Shown in pieces: positions 25,901 to 39,400 of a DNA stretch of 64,000 nt (position 1 is its first letter; each line of letters starts with the position of its first letter). The notes under the pieces were generated by a model. The model saw only the letters and a list, made by a program, of their open reading frames with translations. It was not told the origin of the DNA and ran no database searches. Made by a program: the position numbers and the translations under genes. Source of the stretch: Anthoceros angustus (lineage: Eukaryota > Plantae > Anthocerotophyta); assembly GCA_010909165.1 (NCBI GenBank), contig MU008201.1:124001-188000 (forward strand), written 5' to 3'.

Positions 25901-28100
25901 CCTCCCGGGCATGCCATGTACGCTCGCACATGCGGAGTCGGTGGAGTGGATTTGCCGGGGCTCTCCCACTCCCACACCGGCTCCACCGTCGCCCGCTTCG
26001 CGAGCCACCGTCTTCCACGGCCTCCTCCGCGCCCCCGCGTCGCATGTGCCGTGATCCCTTCGCGTGGGCGCCCGGCGGGCGGCGTTCCTTCCGCCGAGGC
26101 AGTCACGGTAGCGCGCTGACCATGAAATCGCCAGCAACCTCCGTCGCCGCGAACATGCGTCGCCGGCGGTGCATCGTCTGCCCGGCCGCCTTCCTCCGCC
26201 GCGCGCAGCGACGACGCGCCCATCGCCCACGCCTCCCGGCCGGGCCGCAAACTCGAATGGATCATACCACCGCACACACACAAGACTTGTGAGGCTCACC
26301 AGCCGATGAATGCGCCGATGCACACGCCGATGCCACAGCTTACATTTCGACCGAGGCCACATAGCCCCGCCTGCACGCCGTCGCCAGGGCGGGCGAGTCA
26401 GACGCCCTTCGGAAAGCCGCACCAAGCATGGCCGTGGGCAATGGAGAACGCCTGTGCAATCCACCACCGCAATCAAGCGAGGTTTGAGAATTCATTCACA
26501 CGCAGAGCGCGCATCGCGCACGGGCCGAGCACCTGCCTCCACTTGGTGCACCTCCACGAGATCGACGTCAAACGCCTCCCAAGGTGGGTGCGCCAATCGG
26601 TTGATCCGCCACCGCGCAGTGCTTCCACCCACCTTCCGCCGCCAGACGGGTTGTCCATGGCCTCCCACTCCTCCTCCCCGCCCCGCCGCCTCCTCCGCGC
26701 CCCGCCGCCTCCTCCGCGCCCCGCCGCCGCACCTCCTCCTCCATCGCCTCGCTAACGCACCATCATGGCGGGCATTGAATGTGCACGGAATCATAGGTCC
26801 ACTTGCGGCCTCGGATCGTATGAGATCCCACCGATACTTTACGCCGCATTCGCACATTCGCATCCGTCTGCAAACGTGGCAGCCATGCCGATTCTTTGGC
26901 GCGTTCCGGCGTCGTGCCCATGCGTGCATGCGGCATGCAGGCACCTTGACTCCACCTCCAACCCGGACCTCAATGGTCATGGGCCACAATCATCTCTCCA
27001 CGTGAAATCTTTGTGCATTGCGGACAATCTGGAACCTCCAATACCATGAGTACCCATTTCCCGGACCGCATCGTGCCACATTTCTCGCCTCCCGGGCATG
27101 CCATATGCGCTCGCACATGCGGAGTCGGTGGAGTGGATTTGCCGGGGCTCTCCCACTCCCACACCGGCTCCACCGTCGCCCGCTTCGCGAGCCACCGTCT
27201 TCCACGGCCTCCTCCGCGCCCCCGCGTCGCATGTGCCGTGATCCCTTCGCGTGGGCGCCCGGCGGGCGGCGTTCCTTCCGCCGAGGCAGTCACGGTAGCG
27301 CGCTGACCATGAAATCGCCAGCAACCTCCGTCGCCGCGAACATGCGTCGCCGGCGGTGCATCGTCTGCCCGGCCGCCCTTCCTCCGCCGCGCCCTGCCTC
27401 GGCCGGGCGCGACCATCCACCTCGCCGCCTCCTGGATCGTCTGCGCGGTGGCACGCGTCCACGCGCTCTCACGTCGGACAAACTCGAATGGATCATACCT
27501 GCGCACACAAGACTTGTGAGGCTCCCAGCCGCGCAATGCTTACATTTCACCGATGCCCCAGACAGCCCACATTGCTTACATTTCACCTGAGGCCACATAG
27601 CCCCGTACTGTCGCGTTGTGGGCGGCTGTCGCCTCCTTGAGCCGTGCCCAAGCATGGCGTGGGCAATGGAGACCGCCGTGTGCAATCCACCACGCAATCA
27701 AGCGAGGTTTGAGAATTCATACCGGGCGCCAGCGCACCGGTGACCACCTCGCCGCCACTTGGTGCACCTCCACGGGCGACGCCCCCCTCCCAAGGTGGGT
27801 GCGCCAATCGGTTGATCCGCCACGCGCACTTCCACCACCTTCCGTTCGGACGACGGGTTGTCCATGGCGCCCCCACTCCTCCCCTCCCCGCTCCGTCAGG
27901 CTCCTTCCTGCGGCGCCTTGCGCCGCACCTCCTCCTCCATCGCCTCCCGTTTGAGCGCACCATCATGGCGGGCATTGAATGTGCGGAATCATAGGTCCAC
28001 TTGCGGCCTCGGATCGTCAGATCCCCAGCGCCCCGCCTACCCATTCGCATTCGCATCATCCATAGCGTGGCGCATATGCATGTCGTCACCACGCCTCCCG
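25790..28100. repeat. Tandem ~1.19-kb units (25.79-26.97 kb and 26.98-28.1 kb)
   Basis: Near-identical ORFs at 25803/26990 and 25826/27013 (offset 1187). Confidence 0.9.
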
Positions 28101-31100
28101 GTCAATTGCAATTGCGATGCCATGCGAGCTACATGCACTCGGTTTCACACCGTGCATTTTCAGCAAACATTGAATGTGCAATCGCGCACGCCGCACACCT
28201 TACAACGATCCGCAACTTAGCGCTGCACCATCGACGGCGCGTGCCGCAGCAATCGCAAGCCCGCCGCCTCGCAACCCTTACTTGCTGGCGGCCGCTCACC
28301 ATCGCCTCCCCGCTCCGCACCATCACGCCATTCCCAACCGCAACCATTATTACAATTTTGTGCCTTCACACCGCACTTGGTTCGCTTCCACCGCCTCGCA
28401 CTCGCATCCCCGCTCACGCCATAACATGGTTCTCCGTCGCCGTTGATATCCCGGAACAACGCCTGCCTTCTCTCATTCCATTCCATTTCTCCATACCGCA
28501 CGAAATCAACCAATTCATAATACCTCATAGGCCACCTCTCCACGGTCGGTGGCACTCGATGCGTGCACATGGAAAACCAAATCCTAAGGTCGCCCAGCTT
28601 CGCACCTCTCCTTTCCGGTACCTCTTCCATCCGGCCAAGCGCCGAACACTTGGTGCATGAAAATGTGGCACTCCACCAGACCTCTCGCAGTAATTTGTCC
28701 ACCGCCACTCCATCCGGCCGGCCCTCGCCGGCAGTCGACAGACGGCAAGTTTCTGGATAGCCCTCTATGCGCAGACACGGCTTTGATGGTCCTCCACAAA
28801 TGCCAAGAACTCCTGGCCCAGAGTTGATGGGAACCATAGGCCACGCAGAATGTACTGCCGAGCTTTGCATCTCCCATTCCTCGCCGCCCTTCCACGCGCC
28901 CCTCACAAGGCCGTGCTACTCGCCGACACGCAAACATGCGCATCCGACCGTGATTTGCCTCTACGAGGGATGGGCCCACTCACTTCCGCGCCTTCCTTGC
29001 ACGGCCTCCTCCGCGCCCCGCCGCCGCCGCACCTCCTCCTCCATCGCCTCCGCCATCGCCATGCCGATCTTGGGTTCCTCATCCTCCTCCACGGCACGGG
29101 CGTCGGGCGCGTTGCCCACCTTTTGCACCTACCGCACTTCCCCGCCGCGCCTTCCTTGCACGTGGCACGCGCATGCTTTCCTTCCACCGCCGCCGCACCT
29201 CCTCCTCCATCGCCTCCCGTTTGAGCGCACCATCACGCCATTCCCAACCGCAACCGCCACCGCGCATGCTGTGAATACGTTCATCAGATGTGGTCATGGC
29301 GCAATCCATCTTTTCGCATCGTGCCACATTTCGCCTCCTCCGCCGCGCCTGACATGCGAGTCATGGAGTGGATTTGCCGGGACTCTCCCACTCCCACACC
29401 GGCTCCACCGCCGCCCGCTTCCGCGAGCCACCGCCGCCCACGGCCTCCTCCGCCACCGCCCGGCCCGCATGTGCCGATCGTGGAGCCCGGCGGCGGCGCC
29501 TTCGGACGGCGCCAAAACCGCCGCCCGATGACCAAATCGCCAGCAACCTCCTCCGCCGCGAACAATGCCGCACGCCGCCGCCGCCTCGCCGCCGCCGCCT
29601 TCCTCCACTTCGCCGATCGCGCTGCCTCCGGCGCCGACCATCCACCTCGCCGCCTCGATCGTCGCGCGCAGTGGACGACGCGCCCATCGCCCACGCCTCG
29701 TGGCCGCAAACTCGAATGGATCATACCACCGCACACACAAGACTTGTGAGGCTCCGAGCATGCGACCGATGCAGCACATTTCGCAGATGCCAGCTTACAT
29801 TTCGCAGAGGCCATAGCCCCGCTGCACTGCGCCGCCAGGGCGGCGAGTAGACGCCCTTCGGAAAGCTGCCCAAGCATGGCCGTGGGCAATGGAGACCGCT
29901 GTGCAATCCACCACCGCAATCAAGCGAGGTTTGAGAATTCATGGCAGATGCGAGATCACGCACCGCCGAGCACCGCCGCCACTTTAGGTGCACCTCCACG
30001 AGATCGACGTCAAACGCCTCCCAAGGTGGGTGCGCCAATCGGTTGATCCGCCACCGCGCAGGCTCCACCACCTTCCGCTCGACACGGTTGTCCATGGCGC
30101 CCCCACTCCTCCTCCCCGCCGCCGCCTCCTTCTCGGCGCTCCTTCCGGCCGCCGCACCTCCTCCATCGCCTCCCCGCTTCAACGCACCATCATGGCGTAG
30201 AATGTGCAATCATAGGTCCACTTGCGGCCTCGGATCGTCTCGAGATCCCACCGATACCGCCGCCGCCTCCATTCGCATCCGTGACCGTCTGCAAACGTGG
30301 CAGTATGCGCATGTTCCACCGCCGCCCTTCCTCGCCGGCGTGTAATTGCGATGCCATGCGCGCCATTCTGCCACCGTGCATTTTCAGCAAACATTGAATG
30401 TGCAATCGCGCACGCCGCACACCTTACAACGATCCGCAACTTAGCATGCACATCGACCACGGCCGCAGAATCTGCAGCCCGCCCAACCCTTACTTGCCGT
30501 GGCCGCTCACCATCGCCTTCCGCACCATCACGCCATTCCCAACCGCAACCACCATTACAATTTTGTGCCTTCACGGCCGCACTTGGTTCGCTTCCACCGC
30601 CACTCGTGATCCTCGCCATAACATGGTTCTCCGTCCGTTGATATCCCGGAACAACGCCTCCTTCTCATTCCATTCCATTTCTCCATACCGCATTTAAATC
30701 AACCAATTCATAATACCTCATAGGCCACCTCTCACAAGCTGGCACTCGCGCATGGAAAACCAAATCCTAAGGTCGCCACGCCGCACCTCCTTTCCATTTC
30801 TTCCATCCCGAGCCAACCGAACACTTGGTGCATGAAAATGTGGCACTCCACCGGTGGCCTCTCGCAGTAATTTGTCCACCGCCACTCCATCCGTCCGCCT
30901 CGCCGGCAGTCGACAGACGGCAAGTTTCGATAGCCTCTATGCGCAGAGACCGGCTTTGATGGTCCTCCACAAATGCCAAGAACTCCTGACACCCCAAGAG
31001 TTGATGGGAACCATAGGCCACGCAGAATGTACTGCCGAGCTTTGCATCTCCCATTCCTCGCCGCCTTCCGCCCGACAAGGCTGCGCGCAGACAAAACATG

Positions 31101-31450
31101 CGCATCCGACCGTGATTTGCCTCTACGAGGGATGGGCCCACTCACTTCCGCGCCTTGTACCGCGCACTGCCAGCCGCGCACCAACCCACTCCGGCCTCCG
31201 CCCATCGCCATGCCGATCTTGGGTTCCTCATCCTCCTCCACGGCACGGCGTCGGGCGCGTTGCCCACCTTGCACCTACCGCACTTCCCCGCCGCGCCTTC
31301 CTTGCACGTGGCACGCGCATGCTTCCTTCCAAACACCCGCTGCACCGTCCTTCCTCGCCCGTGACTTGGACCAGAAAGCAACCCATCACGAGCACCCCGT
31401 CAAAAACCCACCGCGCATGCTGTGAATACGTTCATCAGATGTGGTCATGG
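28100..31450. repeat. Duplicated ~2.2-kb block covering the Transposase_21 core
   Basis: MGPSLVEANHGRMRMF... ORFs start at 28979 and 31141; the DxMH region occurs at ~28.2 and ~30.4 kb. Confidence 0.85.
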
Positions 31451-32820
31451 CGCAATCCATCTTTTCGCATCGTGAAGCATGTTCGACGGTACTATGACAC
31501 ATATATAGGTCATCCCATCTACATAGAAAAACCTAAACACCATAACCCAAGGAAAAGGTACATGGCATGCATGGTATGTATGCATCATGCATGGTTGCAT
31601 GGATGCACGTGAACATGTCTACCTAGATGTGTCATGGCGCAATCCATCTATCTCGCATCGAAGCATGTCTATGGTACTATGACACATATATAGGTCATCG
31701 CATCTACATAGAAAAAACCTAAACACCATAACCCAAGGAAAAGGTACACATGGCATGCACAAGGTATGTATGCATCATGCATGGTTCCCATGTGATGCAC
31801 GTGAACATGTCTACATAGATGCTGTGTCACAGCGCTATCCATCTATCTGCATCGTGAAGCATGTTCGGCACGGTACTATGACACATATATAGGTCATCGC
31901 ATCTACATAGAAAAAACCTAAACACCATAACCCAAGGAACAGCGCAAGTACGTTGGTAAGTGCATAAATATCATTTGTTCGAAGGCCAAGGACAAGTATG
32001 ATAATAAATAAACCCAAAGTGTCCACATTCGGGTGTGAGGTGGCACGTGATTCAACCTGTTTCCTTGGTCTTCGACCTACGCTACCAGTAAACATGTCTA
32101 TATATGTGGCTTCCCTACCCATTCATTATTCCATTGTTCAAGTTTGTTTGCATGGAACGGCATCCATACTGAATGCCCTGCAAAGGTGCAGGGCCGAAGC
32201 AGACAAGGTCTTCTCTTCTTTCTCTCCTATGACCTTTGGGATCCGCGTTTTCCGCTGGGAGCCTCGGTCCAAACCCTTGCTATGATGTGTCTCCCTGGTC
32301 TTCGACTTAAGCGAACATCGTTGGCATACCACTTGCCATATGCCATGTCCTTTGGCTGAAGGGGTGCGTGATGTGCATTGAATGTATGGCATGCACATGG
32401 TGTGTATGCATGATGTATGGTTGGCATGTTGTGTGTGAACATGCCTAGGTAGATGTTGTGTCATGCCACAATGAATCCATGTGCATCGTGATGCATGTGG
32501 CATCGTACTAATGATACATATAGGGTTGCGAATATATACGAATTGAACAACATAACCCAATGAAAAGGGCGAGTACGTTGTTTACTACATACGTATCATT
32601 TGTTCGAAGGCCAAGGACAAGTACGTTTTTAAATAGACCTATAGTGCCTACCAGCAGGTGAGAGGTGCCACGTGATTCAACCTGTTTCCTTGGTCTTTGA
32701 CAAACGGTACACCTGAACATGTCTATATATGTGGCCTGCCTACCCATTCATTCTTGGATTGTAGAAGTTAGTCTGCATAGGAAGGCATCCATACTTCGTC
32801 CCTTCACCTTGTCTTCTTTC
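31450..32820. repeat. CATG/TATA-rich repeat module, inverted relative to 44.6-47.2 kb
   Basis: CATAACCCAAGGAAAAGG (31541, 31727) against CCTTTTCCTTGGGTTATG (45188, 46499); GGCCAAGGACAAGT against ACTTGTCCTTGGCC. Confidence 0.88.
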
Positions 32821-33140
32821 TCTCTTGTGACCTTTGGGATCCACTAGGTGCGTTAGGCAACGAACTTGATCAACCTTGGTCAAATTGCTTCAAATGCTTC
32901 CTTGGTCTTGGCAATGGACCATTGTTCATGTGTTCATATAACGAATATGCACCTCCTTCATTATTGTCATTGTCATTCGAGGAGGGAGCCGAGGCAAGCC
33001 CCGCGTCATCTTCAGCAGAATCTGCATTGTGTTATATGCGTCTCCCCATTTGCATTCAACCTCGTCCAATTGCACATTCAACATGCAATTGCCTTTTTCG
33101 CATGTTATGCATTTCACCAATGTAAGGAGGAGAAATTTTG

Positions 33141-33300
33141 CCGCTTTAGGCATTTTAGGCATTTTAGGCATTGTTGGTCTGTATTTTCATTTTGGTTTGT
33201 TGTGGGTTTGTTGGGTGGGGTGGGTTGGGGCGGGTTGGGGCGGGTTGGGGGGGGCGGGTTGGGGCGGGTTGGGGCGGTGGTGGTGGGGCCGGGCCTTGGC
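33141..33300 (+). repeat. (TTTTAGGCA)x3-like motif followed by a G-run tract (GGGTTGGGGC)n
   Basis: Read directly at 33145-33170 and 33213-33290. Confidence 0.9.
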
Positions 33301-33429
33301 GGGGTGGGGCATCTGGGCGGGCCGCGCTGGCCGCAGGCCCTCCGTGCGGGCTGGGCGGATGGCGGGGCAGGCTCGCCTGAGAGTCCGTGGAGAGCGGGGG
33401 CGGGAGGACCAGCGGGATGGGGAGGATGT

Positions 33430-36400
33430 GGGAGTGAGGACAAATCTCCATGAGGCGCGGAAGGCCAAGGCAACCATGCCATCAAAAATGTGAAGTGGCG
33501 ATGGTCGCGTTGGCGGTGCCAATATGGGCCATGGTCACGGATTTTATGGCAAGCAATATGGGATGGACTTCATGACCGCAGAATATGGCGCGGACTACGG
33601 AAGGGATATTAATGCATAGCCGATGGTGCATAGAATATGGCGGATGCCTAAAAGGCATGATGGCCGAGGTAGGATGTCGCCGATGGTTCATGCGACGGCA
33701 CCAACGCTGCCTTTCTCGCCTCCAAAATGAACCTCCCACCATTGTACCTCCGCGCAACGCAGGACATCGGATGCCAATTGAATAGCAATGGGCACAATGA
33801 ATTGTTTCCACAACGTCATTGGTGTGCGGTCCGGACACCAATGCTCGGAGGCGGCGTTGATAGCGCATCATGTGCACTTTCCACCCAATAGTTTATCCGA
33901 ATATCGGACCCAATATGTTATTGGGACACATGTCGTGTGATCTTCGCAAGTGTGACGCGGAAGGAACCATGATCATACCACGCATGTTTGGCGGCGCGGA
34001 AGTCAAACGCGATCCACTACGCCGCGTCCATCGAACCAAAGTGAGAGGAAGGATGCGCAACGCGATGAGGGTGTTGAGTGGTTGGCCGCAGATGCATCGT
34101 GCAAGATGGGGCGGCGCTGCAACGTGGAGAGTTTTTGCCATAGCCGCAATGCAGCACGCATATCGTGAGCCAAAACTTCGCGCGCAGACGGCCTCCCATA
34201 ATCAACGTACCGCCATGCCGGCTCGATTATGTCGGCGGCCACGGAGAATATCACAATGATTTCAGCCTTGGTCACGACCCACACTTCGAACAAGAATGCC
34301 GCGCATATCACCGCCATCGACCGCCACAAGCGCTCTGCCGCCGTCCCACACATCGAGGCGCCGCACACTGGTGGCGTGGGCAATAAGGCGAGTAAGCGGA
34401 TCTTCCACACAGCACCATGGCGTCGAAGACAACGTGAGCATTGCACCTCTCAACCGCCCGCAGACGAGGAAGAAATTGTGGGCACACAATTCTTGCTCGC
34501 ACGCACGAAGGAAGACGGCAATGACCAAGAATATGCCCCATGTAAGGTCATCGATCCGCCCGCCTCACGGATGGGGCGCGGTTGCAACGTGTGGAGAGTT
34601 TTGCAGCCACATAGCCGCAATGCGAAGCAGCGCATCGTGAGCCAAAACTCGCAGACGGCCTCCATAACTCAATGTACGCACGCCGCCGCGTCCAAAGATG
34701 TCGTATGGGCCACGGAGAATATCACAATGATTTCGCTTTTCCGCGACCCACCTTCAACGCCGCGCAATGCTTGGTGCATCCGCCATCGATCCTCCATGCG
34801 CGCTGCCTCGCCCCACACATCGAGGCGCCGCCACATTTGGTGGCGCGTGACATAAGGCAGTAGCCGGATCTTGCACACAGCACCATGGCGTCGAAGACAA
34901 CGTGAGCATTGCACCTCTCAACCGGCAGCGTGACGGGAAGAAATTGTGGGCACACAATTCTTGCTCGCACGCACGGCGAAGACGAAGATCGCCAAGAATA
35001 TGCCCCATGTAAGGTCATCGATCCGCCCGCCTCACGGATGGAGGCCTGGCCGGCCGCGCCGCCATCGCCGCCGCACCTGAGCCGGGCGCAATTGCGCTGG
35101 CCGAGGCGACCGCACTTCACGGCGCGCGATGCCCAATATCGGGCGGGACGGCCCGCCACCAAGCCGCCATCGCCGGACCGCCGGAGGTTCAACGTGGCCC
35201 TGTGGCCCATCCATACATATGAGAATGGGTGGGCGGATCATCTACGCAATCCGCCCGCCATGGTGGGAGGATGGAGACGGCGCGCAGTGAGCGAGGCCGC
35301 CTCGCGGGCCGTTGGGACAATCCCATTCACGCACTCGAATCACGGTGCCGGTATAGGCCCGGAAGAAGCAAAAGAGCTGCGGGCACCGTCGGGATGGCGG
35401 AGGCGGGCGTTGGCTCACAAAGCTCGGGTACAAGTACACCGACAAGGCTTTCCCAAGGTCGACTTGGGAGATGGAGAAGGCGGCGTTGTCTTCGTGTCCG
35501 CTCGACCTCACGCAGTGGAGCGGGCCGGTAAGGGCGGGAGGACCAGCGGGATGGGGAGGATGTGGGAGTGACCAGACAAATCTCCATGAGGCGCGGAAGG
35601 CCAAGGCAACCATGCCATCGAAAATGTGAAGTGGCGATGGTCGCGTTGGCCAATATGGGCCATGGTCACGGATTTTATGGCAAGCAATATGGGATGGACT
35701 TCATGAGCCGTCGATGCGAACATGGCGGACTACTAAGGGATATTAATGCATAGCCGATGGTGCATAGAATATGGCGGATGCCTAAAAGGCATGGCCGAGG
35801 TAGGATGTCCACGGATGGTTGTGCAAGGGCAGACGGGCACACCGCAACGCTGCTCGCCTTTTCGGCCTCCAAAACAACAACCTCCCACTTGTCGACTCCT
35901 CGTCGCAACGCAGCGGACATCGGATGCCAATTGCATTTGAATAAGCAAGGCACAATGAATTGTTTCCACAACGCGTCTCCCGGACACCAATGCTCGGAGG
36001 CGGCGCATGATAGCGCATCATGTGCACTTTCCCACCCAATAGTTTATCCGAACATATCGGACCCAATATGTTATTGGGACACATCCGTACGATCTTCGCA
36101 AGTGTGACGCGAAGGAACCATGATCGCCGGACCATACCGCATGTTTGGCGGCCACGAGCGCGGAAGTCAAACGCCGCGATCCACTATGTCATGTCCACCG
36201 CAACCAAAGCGGAGAGGAAGGATGCGCAACGCGATGAGGGTGTTGAGTGGTTGGCCGCAGATGCATCGGCTGCAAGATGGGGCGGCGCGGTTGCAACGCG
36301 GTGGAGAGTTTTGCCACATAGCCGCAATGCGCAGCACGCATATCGTGAGCCAAAACTTCGCCGCAACCGCACGCCTCCCATAATCAACGATGCCGCGCCG

Positions 36401-39400
36401 CGTCAAAGATTATGTCGTATGGGCCACGGAGGAATATCACAATGATTTCGCTTTCCGGCTGCAACCACCACTTCAACGCGCGCACGCGGTGCATCAGCCA
36501 TCGATCTCCGCGCGCGCCCGTCCCCCACATCGAGGCGCCGCACATTCGGTGGCGGTGGTGGACAAGGTAGTAAGCGCGGTCTTCCACAGTGCACCATGGC
36601 GCTAAGACAACGTGAGCATTGCACCTCTCAACCGGGCAGCAGGCGAGGAAGAAATTGTGGCATTCTTGCTCGCACGCACGGCGAAGACGGCAATGATCGC
36701 CAAGAATATGCCCCATGTAAGGTCATCGATCCGGCCGCCTCCACGGATGACGGCTGCCGGCGCCCATCCGCCGCTCGCGCCATGAGCCGGGCGTGGCCGC
36801 GCAGGCGACCGCACTCTTCACGGCGCGCGATGCCCAATATCGCGCTCGTGACGGCCCCGCCGCCGCCAAGCCGCCATCGCGGATCGCCGGAGGTTCAACG
36901 TGGGCGCCCTGTGTGGCCCATCCATATGGCGGAGAATGGGTGGGCGGATCATCTACGCAATCCGCCCGCGATTGGTGGGAGGATGGAGACGCGCGCAGTG
37001 AGCGAGGCCGCGGCCGCTTGGGACAATCCCATTCACGCAGCTCCGGAATCACGGCCGGTATAGGCCCGGAAGAAGCAAAAGAGCGCGGGCGCACCGTCGG
37101 GATGGCGGAGGCGGCGTTGGCTCACAAAGCTGCGGGTACCGGACAAGGCTTTGCCCAAGGTCGACTTGGGAGATGGAGAAGGCGGCGGTTGTCTTCGTGT
37201 CCGCCGACCACGCAGTGGAGCTACGGCCCCGCATGCCGGGGGCGACAGACAACGGAACGCCGTCGCAAGGCACGGTGGCATTGTTGAGGGGTGCGAGGCT
37301 CTATTCGACAAGCTCGCCGGCCTGTCCGGGCTGGTCTGATGCCGGGTTCGGCCGCACACACAAGTCCGGTATCCAGCGACATTCTCGCCCAATTTCCGGC
37401 AAAGACAATACAGAGCCGACAGCCGATGCAAATGCTGTACATCCGGGACGTGACAGTAATTTACACCTCGCCGCGGAGGGGGAGCGAGCGGGCCCGCCGG
37501 AGGTTCAACGTCGCCCGCCCCATCACCATATGGCGGAGAATGGGTGGGCGGATCATCTACGCAATCCGCCCGCCGATGGTGGGAGGAGACGCGCGCGCAG
37601 TGAGCGAGGCCGCCCGCGGGCCGTTGGGACAATCCCATTCACGCACTCGAATCACGGCCGGTATAGGCCCGGAAGCAAAAGAGCGCGGGCGCACTGCCGG
37701 GATGGCGGAGGCGGTTGGCTCGCTGGCTCGCAAGTCTGACAAGGCTTTCCCAAGGTCGACTTGGGAGATGGAGAAGGCGGCGTTGTCTTCGTGTCCGCTC
37801 GACCTCACGCAGTGGAGCGGTGCCCGCATGCCGGTGGGGCGACGACAACTAAGCGCCAAGGACGGCAGTTTTGTTGAGGGGTGCGAGGCTCTATTCGACA
37901 AGCTCGCCGGCCTGTCCGGGCTGGTCTGATGCCGGGTTCGGCCGCACACACAAGTCCGGTATCCAGCGACATTCTCGCCCAATTTCCGGCAAAGACAATA
38001 CAGAGCCGACAGCCGATGCAAATGCTGTACATCCGGGACGTGACAGTAATTTACACCTCGCCGCGGAGGGGGGAGCGAGCGGGCCCGCCGGAGGTTCAAC
38101 GTGGGCGCCCTGTGTGGCCCATCCATATGGCGGAGAATGGGTGGGCGGATCATCTACGCAATCCGCCCGCGATTGGTGGGAGGATGGAGACGCGCGCAGT
38201 GAGCGAGGCCGCGGCCGCTTGGGACAATCCCATTCACGCAGCTCCGGAATCACGGCCGGTATAGGCCCGGAAGAAGCAAAAGAGCGCGGGCGCACCGTCG
38301 GGATGGCGGAGGCGGCGTTGGCTCACAAAGCTGCGGGTACCGGACAAGGCTTTGCCCAAGGTCGACTTGGGAGATGGAGAAGGCGGCGGTTGTCTTCGTG
38401 TCCGCCGACCACGCAGTGGAGCTACGGCCCCGCATGCCGGGGGCGACAGACAACGGAACGCCGTCGCAAGGCACGGTGGCATTGTTGAGGGGTGCGAGGC
38501 TCTATTCGACAAGCCCGCCGGCACCGGGTCCGGCCGCTTTGTGGTCCGTGATGTCTGCCGCGCGCGACACACAAGTCCGGTGTATCCAGCGACATTCCTT
38601 CCCCGCAAGACAATACAGAGGCCGACAGTGATGCAAATGCTGTACATCCGGGACGTGAATAGCAATTTACACCTCTGCATGCGGAGGTAGGGAGCGAGCG
38701 GCGCCTTCGGAGGTTTACGATTGGGGAGGAGGAAGAAGTGGATGTCACCGATGGATGGAGAGCGGGCGGGCGGTGGTCGTGGTCGCGCTCGGAGGAGAGT
38801 TCAACAACGCCGCCGACCGTCGCATCCCCGACCTTGAGGCACACTGATCCCACCCGCCGACCCTCGGGACATGTGGGAGGAGGCACAATTTCCTCTCCCT
38901 AGGCCAAGAAGCGCTGCCAGCGCGCGGGTAGCCCGCACGAGAGGGCGCGAAGTCCCCGGGCGCGACGGGCCGCGCGTGCACGCCTGCTCATGGAAGCGCC
39001 TCGCGAGGAAGAGGCTCGCTAACGGCATGGCAACGGACCTTCTTAGTTGTGGAAGAGCTCCGCACACACCACCGCAGGTGGGAAGGGAAGGCGCGCGGCG
39101 TGAATCCGCAGCCATCAGAGGAGGTTCTTTTCTTCAAATTTTGGGTCACGGAGAAGGCGAATGGCGATCGAAACCGCGGTGCAAGGCGCAACATCTTGTG
39201 GAGACGGGCGCAGTAACCGGGGGGAAGGCTCGCCGCATCCGAGATGGTGCAAGGCATGGACGGCCGGAAATGTTCGACATCGCCACCATCCAGGGTTCTT
39301 CGACGCAGTGCCTCCACCGCCGGCTGGTCCGCCTTCTCGAGGATATGGACGATCACCGACCTTCGATCCATGACGGCGGAAGAGTTGCATAACGCGAATA

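Larger units (their letters stand above)
19600..31450 (-). pseudogene. CACTA Tnp2-type transposase remnant 1 (Transposase_21, DUF4218, DUF4216 order), frameshifted and internally tandem-amplified
   Basis: Colinear degenerate motifs on the minus strand: MWH..KDGLRH (MxWH..DGxLRHP); MQSSAVHSAWPMV (HSxWPV); GICGGPSKP (IPGPxxP); LWRTIKAVSAHRGLS (LWTIxDxPAxxxLSG); gat-tg-cac-att..aat-gtt-tgc (DxMHIEKNVC); FSNL/CVVD; GKS..DSHV; WMAPYGR..LRNRRS (WMYPFER..VRN); AYVEASEEVW (YYGxIEEIW); CPFIL (PFIL). Confidence 0.7.

Noticed and set aside
32842-32846. CACTA pentamer as the terminus of a nested element
   Set aside because: No matching inverted end was found, and the context parallels another repeat unit at ~32240.
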